A DNA stretch of 64,000 bases. It comes from Owenia fusiformis. Its lineage: Eukaryota. This document shows, one piece after another, positions 52,901-64,000 of the stretch; the stretch's first letter is position 1, and each line of letters starts with the position of its first letter. The translations under genes and the position numbers were made by a program. Location of the stretch: the NCBI GenBank assembly GCA_903813345.2, contig CAIIXF020000001.1, positions 33,294,001 to 33,358,000 of the forward strand, given 5' to 3'. A model generated the notes under the pieces. The model was not told the DNA's origin and did not search any database. It saw only the letters and a program-made list of their open reading frames with translations.

Positions 52901-54273
52901 CAAGTGACATGGGGCTGGAAAAATTAGCAAATAAAAGTGACTTTCCACACATACCTCCATATTTCCCTGCCATTAAGAGACAACCGTTTTAATGGAATGA
53001 TAAATAATTCTGATATAGTTACAAAACAAAAAAATGAATGGTTTTATATTGGTCATTTTACAAAAATATAATTCAACACTACGCCATACGTTTTTTTCAT
53101 TTTCATAAAATATATACTGAAGGATTTAAACTACTGACTGCAAACTTCTATGATATTTTCAGTAAGGGAACATTTGATATCAATTGGAATTCACAACTGT
53201 CCTTACAAATTGATAGTTGTGGAAAAAAAGGTAAGTAAATTTAATCAATTGTTTTACCATTTTACCCCCCCCCCCCCTCTCCAAATTAAATTGAGTTAAG
53301 GTGTTGGTTGTCCAGCCCCGGGGTTCAACATTATAACATGAGGAGCTTCACTTTTCAAAATATACAGTCAACATTTGTAAGGGAAACAACAAAGATATTT
53401 AGGTGGCGTGCAGATGAGTGTCAGGTAGATTGTCAGCTAGATTGTCCCCATTGAAAAGAATGTGAAGGATAATTTAAGTTTGACAAATTATGCAAATATT
53501 ATACAAGTGTGGTCATACTAAAATTATAAAGCATGTCAATTTTAGATTTTAGAGATAAAGTATGAGAGCCTTGTAATTCAGCTCTTCCAGATTTATTCTG
53601 CCTTAAACTTACAATGAATGCTATTGATTCTGATATATTTACAAAAAATGATGTAACTTTATAATTTTCATCAACAATAGAATTCAACTATATCTAGTTC
53701 TTTTATTTTTTGCAAATCACAGCTTAAAACTAATGATTGCAAACTCCTCCGACATAATCATTTAATAGGGAAAATTCTATATCAATTGGGATACACATAT
53801 ACCCTTACCAACTGCAAGTTGTGGAAAAGTTTGTAATTAATTTTTTTAGCATTGTTTACCCCCACCTCTCAACATTAAGCTGTCTCGAGGCTATTTTTGG
53901 GTCATGTAAAGTTATGAAATCAGAGCTTCATTGTTTGTGATAATTGTTTCTTTGACAAAATTATATACAATTTTAAAGGGATACTAAGATACAATAGTTG
54001 ATGGTGTCAGGTACAGATTGTATCACTTGATAAGGTTTTATGATTCTATTAGGCATGCATCTTGGGTGGGTTGGATCACTCAGTACCATCCTTTTACTTA
54101 ACCCTTTATACTCCAGTTTGAAGCCACTTTTTAGTCATTCTTCTATGAAAATATCTAAACAGTGGCCTTTGTATCAGTCCACCTTTTAGTCATTTTAACC
54201 ACACAATGACTAAACAATGGATAAGGCCACAAAGTCCACTAAATTGGAGCCAGTACACCTTTTAGAACATGCC
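49932..54273. mobile_element. 4.3-kb Mutator-like element without recognisable transposase
   Basis: TTCTTAAAC|GGCATGTTCTAATCAGTGGACTGGCCCCAA...TTGGAGCCAGTACACCTTTTAGAACATGCC|TTCTTAAAC: perfect 9-bp TSD and ~30-bp imperfect TIR. Confidence 0.85.
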
Positions 54274-54430
54274 TTCTTAAACATTGACATTTTCAGAAGA
54301 AAACTATTAAGGTGCAGTAAAAATGACAGTACACCTTCTGTTGATTTTATGAGCTATTTTGATAAAATATGTTTAAGCTTAGATTGAGTCACATATTATC
54401 ATGAAAGATCTAATTAATGTTATGTTAGGG

Positions 54431-54462
54431 CATGGGCTTTCAACTCTAGTTGAAAGCCCATG
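54431..54462. mobile_element. 32-bp hairpin mini-element with 7-bp TSD
   Basis: GTTAGGG|CATGGGCTTTCAACT-CT-AGTTGAAAGCCCATG|GTTAGGG. Confidence 0.75.
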
Positions 54463-56354
54463 GTTAGGGTCTATATTTTAGCTGATCGCTTGTAGATAGT
54501 GTATATTATGCCAAGATTAATCAAACAGACAATATCTGTAGCATGCTAATGTGTATAAACATGCTAAGTTGAATAGCTCTGACTTGCATGCAATATTCAT
54601 AAACCTGTTCATAAGTTCAGTGTGAACTCTCTGCTGAAGTTTAATAAGAGAAATATACATTTATGTGCCAACAATTTCCTAGGAACTAAGGCTTGGGACA
54701 AAAACTAAGAATAACTTTAGGCCTATAAAATTGCAGGAAAGAAATGCAGGATATATTGCCCCAGTAGGATAACATTGGGTCAATCGTTGAACATAACTTT
54801 AAGCCATGAATTTTGGATTACATAAGGGTTAAGGGCTAAGAACATGGCCAAATATCTAAGGACAATAATCTTAAGACCTAAAACTAAGAATATCTAGGAA
54901 TAATATTAGGATGAATAGCTAAGGATAATATTAAGACCAAGAGCTAAGGATAAATAAGGAGCACAAGCTTAGGGTAATATTACGATTAAGAGATAATTAA
55001 GGATAACATTATGACAGTAGCTTATGTTAACATCCAAGAGCGAAGGATAACATTTGGCAAAGAGCATGAGACCCATTACTAATGGAATGTACTAAAAACC
55101 CTTCGCCCCTTCGACCCTACGACCCTTCGACTACTGGGTGTCAAAAAATTTTTGCAATGGATTTTATGAAACTGAAACGGGATTATGAAAAACTTAAAGG
55201 CTAGAGTACCGACAATTGTCAGTACTCTAGACTCTGATGTGGTGACACGCTAGAGGACCAACAAATAAATTGTCGGTACGGGAGATATGCTGTGTTTACT
55301 GTTTACACGCTAGAGGACCGACAAATATTGATTTTCGAATTTTCTGGCGCATGCGCAATGCGCAGGGGATATTTCAGATATCATACGGATATTTTGGGAA
55401 CAAGTGCAAAACCCGGGGAGGGCATTAGCCCTGGTTACCCGGGGATTACCAAACCCAGTCAAAAAATGGTAGCCCGGGAAAAGGGAATGGTAGTAAACGT
55501 TGAAAACCCAATAAAAACATGAACAAGTAAGACTTTAGAGAGCTATTAATGCAGAGTAAACGGCTATATATATTCTAAACAGACAGGATATTTCTCCTGA
55601 GCCGATCAGGCGTAGAAAGGGGCGTTTGCTACCCATTAGAAGAAAATAGCTAGAATGTTTTTTATTTGAAGCTTATGGTATGAGGTTCCATATCCATCCG
55701 CCAAAAGGTATGACCCCTATATAGTCCATTTAAAAACCTGTGGTATCGTTCTAAATAACCCATAGTTCGCTTCTAGGGTACCTAGTATGCCACTATTTGG
55801 TATCAAAATAAAGAGGAGTTCAACTTTCATTTGAATTACGAAAATAGCGATGTAGGTCAAAATAGTTCCGAACGTGAGCATGTTTGTTTACTATGCGTTT
55901 TCCCGTCATATCAGAATTGAGGAAGTGGTAGCAAACGCGAGTTACAATAAACGGACGCTGATATCTCAAAAAGTAACCTGACTCCCTATAATTTGATGTA
56001 GGTCAATCGAACCCCTATACGGACAGGTGCATTTTGATATATAACACTATGGGGGGTAAGCGTTTCATAGTTGGTCAAGAACGCCATATGTGCAAAGTAT
56101 TGTTATGAATTTTCGAATTTGGTGTTGGATTACGGTACTCATACCTTAACACAATTTTTGATGGAAGTTGCATTTGGCTCCCTTAGTTAATGGCCACGAT
56201 TCCATCTCGCATGAGAGAGCTACCAAACGCAAAGTAAACAGTGATATATTCCAAATGAGATATTTCTCCTGTGCCATGGCGTAGTAAGGGTAGAGAGCGA
56301 CGGGGGCGAAAGCATCCCCTCCCCTAATTGTATATATCGACCCATTAGATAGAA

Positions 56355-56630
56355 CGGGGTCAACCCAGTTGTCCGAAACCCAGTTGTCCGAAACCCAGTT
56401 GTCCGAAACCCAGTTGTCCGAAACCCAGTTGTCCGAAACCCAGTTGTCCGAAACCCAGTTGTCCGAAACCCAGTTCTCCGAAACCCAGTTCTCCGAAACC
56501 CAGTTCTCCGAAACCCAGTTGTCCGAAACCCAGTTCTCCGAAAATTAAAAAATTAAATGTCTTAGTAACGAATCTTGTCGCAACCTCGCGAATCAGGACA
56601 GCATAACATTGGTATCACGTTGACATCGGT
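56355..56630 (+). mobile_element. Left end of a second copy of the 15-bp-array Mutator-like element (12 units)
   Basis: GGGGTCAA + (CCCAGTT[G/C]TCCGAAA)x12 at 56364-56543, then sequence matching 38820-38885. More body sequence at ~59080-59150 matches 39178-39245. Confidence 0.8.
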
Positions 56631-57099
56631 TAGCCCGGTCAATAATGGGTCCGAAAGTTCACGATCATATATATATTCTTACTAGATTCTCGGCACATAG
56701 ACTTATATGGACATTCTACAAATTTTGAACCGCATTGTCCAGCATGAATCGCACTCCTTCTTGGTGAAAATTTAAGACTGCCGCCAACATTTTAGACAAT
56801 TATCACAGTCGAAGAGAATATTCTGGCGAAAGGAATATCTATCTCATTAAAATAACGTATGGACGTCCGTGAAAATTATATATATTCATTTGATAATTTT
56901 TTTCATTCCCTTTTCTCAATAAAATATGGTTAATTATGTTTTCCAATATCAATTGATAATATTTCTACCCTGAAAAATATCTAAAAATAAAAAGAAGATT
57001 TTGGTTGTTCAGTACCACCCATTGTTAAGATTTCGTCCAAATTTTCGATAAATCAATAAAATGTGCTCATTTCGTATAACTTATATATGTGGCATATAT

Positions 57100-57960
57100 A
57101 GAGATTATCCTATATGATGTTCAGGATATTGGGATTATCCCGAGGCTAATATAATATATTTGCCCGAGGGCCGCAGGTCCCGAGGGAAAATATATTATAT
57201 TGGCCAAGGGATAATCCCAATATCCTGAACCGACTATAGGATATGTTTATCCCATACCAATATTGGTCATCTGGTTAACATTGTTCAATCGTGGAAATAT
57301 TTTAGAATATTCATGTCCAGTTTTGTTTTCTTGGCCGTGGGCGGATTTTCCTGTTCTCTCAAATATTCCCACATTTATTTTCCCAAATTTCTGATTGATT
57401 AAGTTGATGCTCCTTCTCTTTTTTAAACCATCAAACAGATCCCGATTGTCTGTGTTTTCTCCATTGTCGTTTACAGTCATTACGCGAACGTTACAAATTA
57501 TGAACAAATATGCGAGTAGCAATTGTGACGTAGCGGGCAGATATACTATATCTGCCCGCTCGGAGCGGGACGTAAAGCTATATCTGCCCGCTGATGAAAA
57601 TATAAGTTTTTACAAACCGGCTTTATCAGGGCTGTCAACTTGGGACCACCTAATATGAGTGACTTCAAAATGTTGGACACCTTCGCGTGACAAATCCGAA
57701 CAAATTGCGTTCGTTTTTTTCCGGCGTTCGTATTTTTACCGTATCGTAAACATATTTCGAAAAAATTTCTACAGAAATATTTTTGCTTGACAATTACCAG
57801 GTAAAATGCGTATTTTGCGTGACATTTTCTGTCACGCAAAAAAAACTGGCGTGACTTCAAATTCTTCAGCAAATGCGTGACAAATACGCAAATTGCGGGA
57901 CAGTTGACAGGCCTGCTTTATGTACCTGTTACATGTCCAAGTATGGGATAAATAGGCTTA
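57100..57960 (-). mobile_element. Crypton-like non-autonomous hairpin element
   Basis: 112-bp hairpin at 57119-57230 and IR TTTATCCCATAC (57246) / GTATGGGATAAA (57941). Shares TGCCCGCT(G)ACGTCACAATTGC, inverted, with 58111-58820. Confidence 0.5.
57627..57915 (+). mobile_element. hAT-like MITE, 6-bp TSD
   Basis: CTTTAT|CAGGGCTGTCAAC...GTTGACAGGCCTG|CTTTAT. Confidence 0.88.
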
Positions 57961-58110
57961 CATATCAGATGTCTATCCTTTTTTTCATCATAATATAAGA
58001 GGTTTGTATGTTTTAGTAGAAACGTATTCCTTTCCAAACATTTAGATTTAAGAATTTCTCCCATTGGTGATATTGTTCAAAATCAAAACTGTGTTCTGCG
58101 ATATATTGAA

Positions 58111-58820
58111 TTATTATATACCCAATATGTAACACTAATCCTGATTGGTCAATACCTAGTCACGTGTTCCGAAATAGATTTACTATTTCCCTCGGAAAGT
58201 TATATTCCCTCAAATGTGACGTCAGCGGGAATATACATTTGAACTATTGCCCGCTGACGTCACAATTGCAAGTTCTATTACCCTTGGAAACGTCTGCGCA
58301 TCATCACTGCGCAGATGAAAAACAGAAAAATGGAGGATGAGCACAAACACAAATCAACTCCGTTCACCATGACAGACGTGCGTGAACGATACAATATAAG
58401 CAACGTGTATAAAGTTCCCTAAGCTCAATACGTCTGTGTAATTTCAAGTGTTATGATAATCTATTCCGCGTGTTAAACGCGATTGAATTTGTCAAATGAG
58501 AGTCTCAGAGGCAAAAATTTCTGTTGAGCATCTGATGACGTCACAGCTTATAATGCTAACAATGGACCCGGGGAGGGGGCTTTCTAAGCCTTTTTGGCCT
58601 TCGCAGAGGAAACGGGACAAGAGTCAGTATAGGGTATATAATAAAACAAATAGTGACTGCCTAATTTCGAGCAATAGTGTAAATGATTTCCCCTTGGGAA
58701 TATCCTCTACAATGTACTATTCCCTCAGCCTGCGGCTTCGGGAATAGTACATTGTAGAGGATATTCCCTCGGTGAAATAATTTACACTATTGCCCTCAAT
58801 GGCAGTCACTATTTGTATAC
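58111..58820 (+). mobile_element. Crypton-like non-autonomous hairpin element
   Basis: IR TTATTATATACCC (58111) / GGGTATATAATAA (58632), CTGATTGG and CACGTG near the left end, and a ~170-bp terminal hairpin at 58646-58816 with a GC-rich tip. Confidence 0.55.
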
Positions 58821-59208
58821 TGTTGAAGTAAGCGTGTAATAGTTTGTAGTAGAGCCAAGATTTGATCTGTATCATGTACGTACCCTGCATAAAAAAAATT
58901 CGTTTTTAGTGTGCCATAGATGTCAACCATTAACTATTGCAGAATCAAAAAAAGTTTTGTGAAAAATTAGGATAATGTTTCAAAATTATACACCGGACAA
59001 TAAATAACTATACTCAATGCAGACAGGGAGTTTTAATTGCCCAAAAACTGAGTATCAAAATGCATTTGTATCTCTTTTTCTTAGTATCTTGCATGACTCG
59101 TTCATATGAATTCTTTATTTCTACCTCGTTCCCAATACATTCTGAGACAGTTCAACCTTTGCCCCACGTCCTGTTCGTCGTTAGTACGTTGTCACTCGAT
59201 ATAACTGC

Positions 59209-59619
59209 CACGCGGTCCTAACTTCGACCGTTAATTTGAATTTTTGACCTACCGGATATTTGAAAATCAAGGATTAGGTTACGAGTCTCATACTGCACCA
59301 TTTTCTTCAAACTTGTTCCATTCAAAGCATGACAAAAATCTCTTTCTGATGGTACGTTATTATCTTAAACAGAGTTCCTACTTCCAGCATAATTTTGGTC
59401 CCCAGCTGTAAGAAGGCCTTCTAACAGCAGGGGAGTGGGGACCAAAATGCTGCTAGAACGAGAGACTCTTTACAATAAAGTAATGCACTGACAGAAGTGC
59501 AATTTTGTTTTGCTTTTAATGGTATAATGGAAGAAAAACGGTGCAGTATCAGACTCGCAATCCTTGATTTTCAAGCATCTGGTAGGTCAAAATTCCAATT
59601 AACGGTCGAAGACCGCGTG
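59209..59619. mobile_element. Foldback element, CAC termini, 5-bp TSD
   Basis: ACTGC|CACGCGGTC...GACCGCGTG|ATTGC. Palindromic, and shares GAGTCTCA..TTTTCTTCAAACTTGTTCCATT with 44149-44993. Confidence 0.75.
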
Positions 59620-59709
59620 ATTGCAGAAAGTGATGACCACGTGGAAATTTTGGAACTACCCTTTCGAGTAGGCAAGTAGACCCCAAACGGTTGTAAGTAC
59701 TTCCAATCC

Positions 59710-60202
59710 CAGGCCTGTCAACTGTCCCGCAATTTGCGTATTTGTCACGCATTTGCTGAAGAATTTGAAGTCACGCCAGTTTTTTTGCGTGACAGAAAAT
59801 GTCACGCAAAATACGCATTTTACCTGGTAATTGTCAAGCAAAAATATTTCTGTAGAAATTTTTTCGAAATATGTTTACGATACGGTAAAAATACGAACGC
59901 CGGGAAAAACCGAACGCAATTTGTTCGAATTTGTCACGCGAATCCCGTCACGCATGTTCATTGGAAATTTTTCGTACCTACCCCCCCCCCCCCCCCCCCC
60001 CCCCGTTGACGATATCGCGAGCGTATCGAGCGCGAAAAATTTGAGGTGTTCAAAGTTTGGCAAAGGTGCTCAAACTTTGGCCAAAGGTGTTTAAAAGTTG
60101 GCCAAAGGTGTTCAAAATTTGGACAAAAGTGTTCAGATTTGGACTTAGGTGTCCAACATTTTGAAGTCACTCATATTAGGTGGTCCCAAGTTGACAGCCC
60201 TG
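59710..60202 (-). mobile_element. hAT-like MITE, 6-bp TSD
   Basis: CAATCC|CAGGCCTGTCAAC...GTTGACAGCCCTG|CAATCC. Inverted, longer copy of 57627-57915 with a 21-bp internal repeat. Confidence 0.88.
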
Positions 60203-60876
60203 CAATCCGTCCACACAGTTTAAGCCCGTTCTCGAGAGCGTAGTGAGAACTAGTTTGGTGTGATAATAGGGTCAGATACTGAAAGTGTAAGCATGGACGA
60301 CCTCCCACCGTCCAATGAATACAGTGGGTTCAGAATCAGAAAGGCGTTTCAGACGGCGTTCTGAAACAGCTCACTTAAAGCTTATTCCTTAAATTTTGGC
60401 CTGAATGCTTTGTACGTTGAGAGACGGGACGGGACACGACCAGTGTGACAGCGCCATTAGCATTAGGCGCACGATGGGCACATTTTAACTTGGTATGAGT
60501 AGGGGATAATTTATGAGGATCAATAGGACTTCCCACGGCAGCCGCACGGTGAATTTTAAATTTCTGTTGATAAATAATACTTTTTTCATTTTATTTACAT
60601 CAGGGCAATTTATAAATGTTATTCATAGTGCTAGGATGTAATATCAAATGAAAAGTGATTGTGAAACATTGACAAATAATGATTCAATCTTGATGAGCCA
60701 GTTGATTTCTACGGACCTCAGAAATGAACAAATATTCTAACTCCGAGTTTCTATACGGCGACCCTGCGGCGTGTGAAAAACTGGATACGTCGTACGGAGG
60801 CCCCAAGGCAAGCGTAGTTTTCCTACGCACAGGCACTGTAGCCCCTTTAAACATTATCCTCCGTCAATAGAAGATA

Positions 60877-61637
60877 CACTCACCTCCATAAGTTGAATTT
60901 TTATTTACTTAACCGGCGATGAAATAACTTATAATATTGATGGAAACGTAACTTGACTTTATTTCCAATACCTTAAAATTTTATCAATTTTTTTCCTAAA
61001 TTAAAATAGGTCGAAAATTGATGATAAATTTGATGACTTTTTGAAAATCGTCATTCCCATGTCATCCAATGGGAAATGGTAGATTTACCGCACGTCATAT
61101 GACAGAATATCCATCCATCCGAGTCCTTGCAAAATATGAGTAAGGCAGGCAATTGAATTTGCTAACTTTATTTAATAAAGAATTGATATGTTTCTTCAGG
61201 TTCAACAAAGTTACAGGGCTTTAAAGTCAAAATTTGTTTTCAAGAAAACTCTCCCATTGAAATAACACAGGAGTCGAAAAATTATTTTCAAAAATGACTT
61301 TGAAGCGCTATAAATTTAGTATTCATCAAATAAATTAAACACTTAGTGAACAAAAAAGTTAGACAATTCAATTCTTTTATACCAAAAAAATTTTGCTGAA
61401 TCTTTTACTGAAAAGATTCTGATTTGCCCCGAACTCTCTATTTCCTCTTGGATTATACGGGAATGACGATTTTAAAAAATTTATCAAATTTATCCTCAAT
61501 TTTCGATCTCTTGTTATGGAGGAAAAAATCTAGAAAATTTGGAGGTATTGGAAATAAAATAAAAATTCAAACGTAAAGAGGCTTTAACACGTAGTTCAAT
61601 GGGGGAGCTAAGGTTGCCAAACTTATGGAGGGGAGTG
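60877..61637. mobile_element. Tc1/mariner-type MITE
   Basis: TA|CACTCACCTCCATAAGTT...AACTTATGGAGGGGAGTG|TA, plus internal inverted arms (TTATTTCCAATACCT / AGGTATTGGAAATAA). Confidence 0.75.
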
Positions 61638-63902
61638 TATAAATACAACTACCGGCTTTTCACGCAAATGAGCCTACTGGGCGTTTATTTTGCATAGGGC
61701 GTTTATTTGAAAGAACATTTAATTAACGCTCGTGGTACTTTATTAATAGGGAAAAATATTTTTCCGTTTGGGTGGGCGATAAGCTATTTGATTCCTTTTT
61801 TCGAATGTTTCGCCAATTGTCAGTTAAGTTTTCCTCTTATTAAGAAGTATTCAAAAAACACCAATGGGTCTTTATTAAGAGGGGGAAACTTTTCCATACT
61901 ACCGTTTTTCAAATAAACACCCTTATTCCGTTGAAAATCATTCTTATAGATTTATTACAAAGTTCCTTTGGGTTTAATAAATTAAAGCCTTGACACATTA
62001 TTATTATTATTACTAAGAAAACATTTTTTATTGTTAATTTGAAACGTAACACCATTTGTGAAAATCTCTCCCTATAACAAGGAGAAAATAAATAAAAATG
62101 AGATGCATATCAATATTCTACACGTGCTACATTAAAAAGCAACATCATTTATTGAAGCAACATAACTTAAAATATCCAATTAAGTTTGATTTGTGCGTAT
62201 ACTATTTCCTAATTTTACCTTACAAGCAGTTTTTAATGTTATTTTGAAATTATAAACATCAGTGTATAAAGATAATGATTCTGATTGCACACGGTCAGAA
62301 TATACATATCCAACTGTTGGGCCTGCATTCAATATCCAAACAGTCCGAAATAGTTGGAATGACACAATCATCAATGTAACTCCTCACAGCTGTGAATTAT
62401 ACGTTTTAGCTACTGAATATTCCCAAATATATTAAGGAATGGCCATGTACATTTGTACCTTCAATCATACAAAACGAATGAATATCAAGCAATATCAAAC
62501 ACAGGATTTGTTGATAAAACCTATATATGAATTTCTATATGAATTTATATTCTTGCGACATATATTTCAACGTATATAATATACATTTCCTCCATCGGTA
62601 GATTTGCATGATCTACATCGTAAAATTACTTTGATCAAACGTACGAACATGTATCAGACATACGTATGAAATATCTAATACATATGAATATATACACAAT
62701 CACATGTCTTTTATATGATTCTACATTCTTTCAACATCCATCTAATCTTTATAGCACATATTAGCTCATGTTGTCGTCAGTTGGTATACTTTCATCATAT
62801 ATTCACTGTAAAATCAATTTGATCAAACTTACATTAAAGGTGCAACAAGTAGTGCAGAGAGGCCATTCAACGATCATGGAACAGTGTCAAAATATATTTA
62901 AGTTTGGATATTTCATCAAGACTAACATCTATTTTTATTTTCTACAAAGAAACCCCCTAGATAATCATTATTTCAGCTTATATTCCTCTTGAAACATGGT
63001 GGATCTTAAAAATATAAAAGTGGACGTCCCCTTTTTGAAGCTTTGAACTGAATTTACACTTTTTAATGCCGAAATTGATAGTTTATCCATACATTTTAAG
63101 AAAATAGGTATGTCAAAGAGGATGTTAAGCCAATGGTTGCCTTGATAGCTCAGAAAAAGTTAAAATTTTCCAATTTTCACTCTACAAGCCTTATTGGCCC
63201 TTTAAGATACAAAGTCAGGTGTTTCGGTAGACCATTTAAATGAGGATAGGTGCATTCGATTAAAATATACGTGTCATTCATATCAACCAATATAAAGGTA
63301 ATACCTGAAAGAATATTCAGGCCAGCATTGCATTTTTACCTTTTTGAGATATTTGGCGTAAAAACGGTAAAAACAGGTCATTTTTCTACTTGCTTCAATC
63401 CAACCAAATTTAACCCAATTTTAAAAAAGATCATCTGCAATGACGTTCAAATCTCATCCTATATTTGAGATGTTACCCTTTGCTGACATTCTTCTACATT
63501 GGAAAGGTCAAAAACGTTACTTTTGCGTATTGTCACGCATTTGCTGAAGAAATTTAAGTCACACCCGTTTGTTTGCGTGAAAGAATATGCAACGCAAATT
63601 CATACGTATATGTACGCATTTTCTCTGATTATCCTCAAGCATATACATTTCAGGAGAAGAACAAAAAAACAAATCCTGGAAACGAATGCCGTAAACAAAC
63701 GTTTGGAATTTTCATGCGAATTGCGTATATGTCACGCAATCGTCTTTAGTCTTCAATTTTTTTGTGGATGGTGTTCGGCAGTTGGCATTCTGCATTCAGA
63801 GACAGCACTCCTTTTTTCTTTTTAAATCATGTATATATTTCTTATTTTATAACTTTGTATACATCAGGTCATTTTACAATATTGCAATATTTTTTTTAAA
63901 TA

Positions 63903-64000
63903 CAGGGTGGGCCAAAAAAAATTGCAACTTTTTTAAAATGCTAGAAAAGTATCAAAACATAATGGTATTGCCATAAAAAATTATTTACAGAAACTTAAGG
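63903..64000 (+). mobile_element. Probable left TIR of a mariner-type element running off the window
   Basis: TA|CAGGGTGGGCCAAAAAAAATTGCAAC. The partner end is not visible. Confidence 0.45.

Noticed and set aside
54424..54469. TTAGGG as telomeric repeat
   Set aside because: There are only two isolated units, explained as a target-site duplication.
56364..56543. 15-bp tandem array as a CRISPR array
   Set aside because: There are no unique spacers and no cas genes, and the context is eukaryotic. It is a transposon subterminal repeat.
62219..62389. Candidate 171-bp minus-strand exon (CACAG| ... |GTAAAA)
   Set aside because: All three frames contain a stop, no domain is recognisable, and I found no convincing partner exons.

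Overview
AT-rich, repeat-saturated eukaryotic DNA, most consistent with a marine invertebrate (inferred from the repeat families). There is no intact host gene, RNA gene or CRISPR array, and nearly all short ORFs in the track are spurious readings of repeats. The only clear coding sequences are two decayed non-LTR retrotransposons on the minus strand. One is a near full-length LINE (ORF1 plus endonuclease-RT ORF2) that later insertions have spread over ~1-17.9 kb; the other is a CR1/L2-type RT fragment at ~34.8-35.8 kb. The rest is a layered set of non-autonomous DNA elements: Helentron/DINE-like elements (HINEs), including a ~9 kb self-nested stack; CA-terminal foldbacks with 5-bp target-site duplications (TSDs); Mutator-like elements (9-bp TSD); hAT-like MITEs (5-6-bp TSD); Tc1/mariner MITEs (TA); Crypton-like hairpin elements; and a 32-bp hairpin with a 7-bp TSD. 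The least explained feature is a 9.75-kb segment inside LINE ORF1, bounded by duplicated TCTAGA with palindromic junctions. Superfamily labels come from termini and TSD logic, not from database searches. Coordinates were counted by eye and may be off by a few bases.
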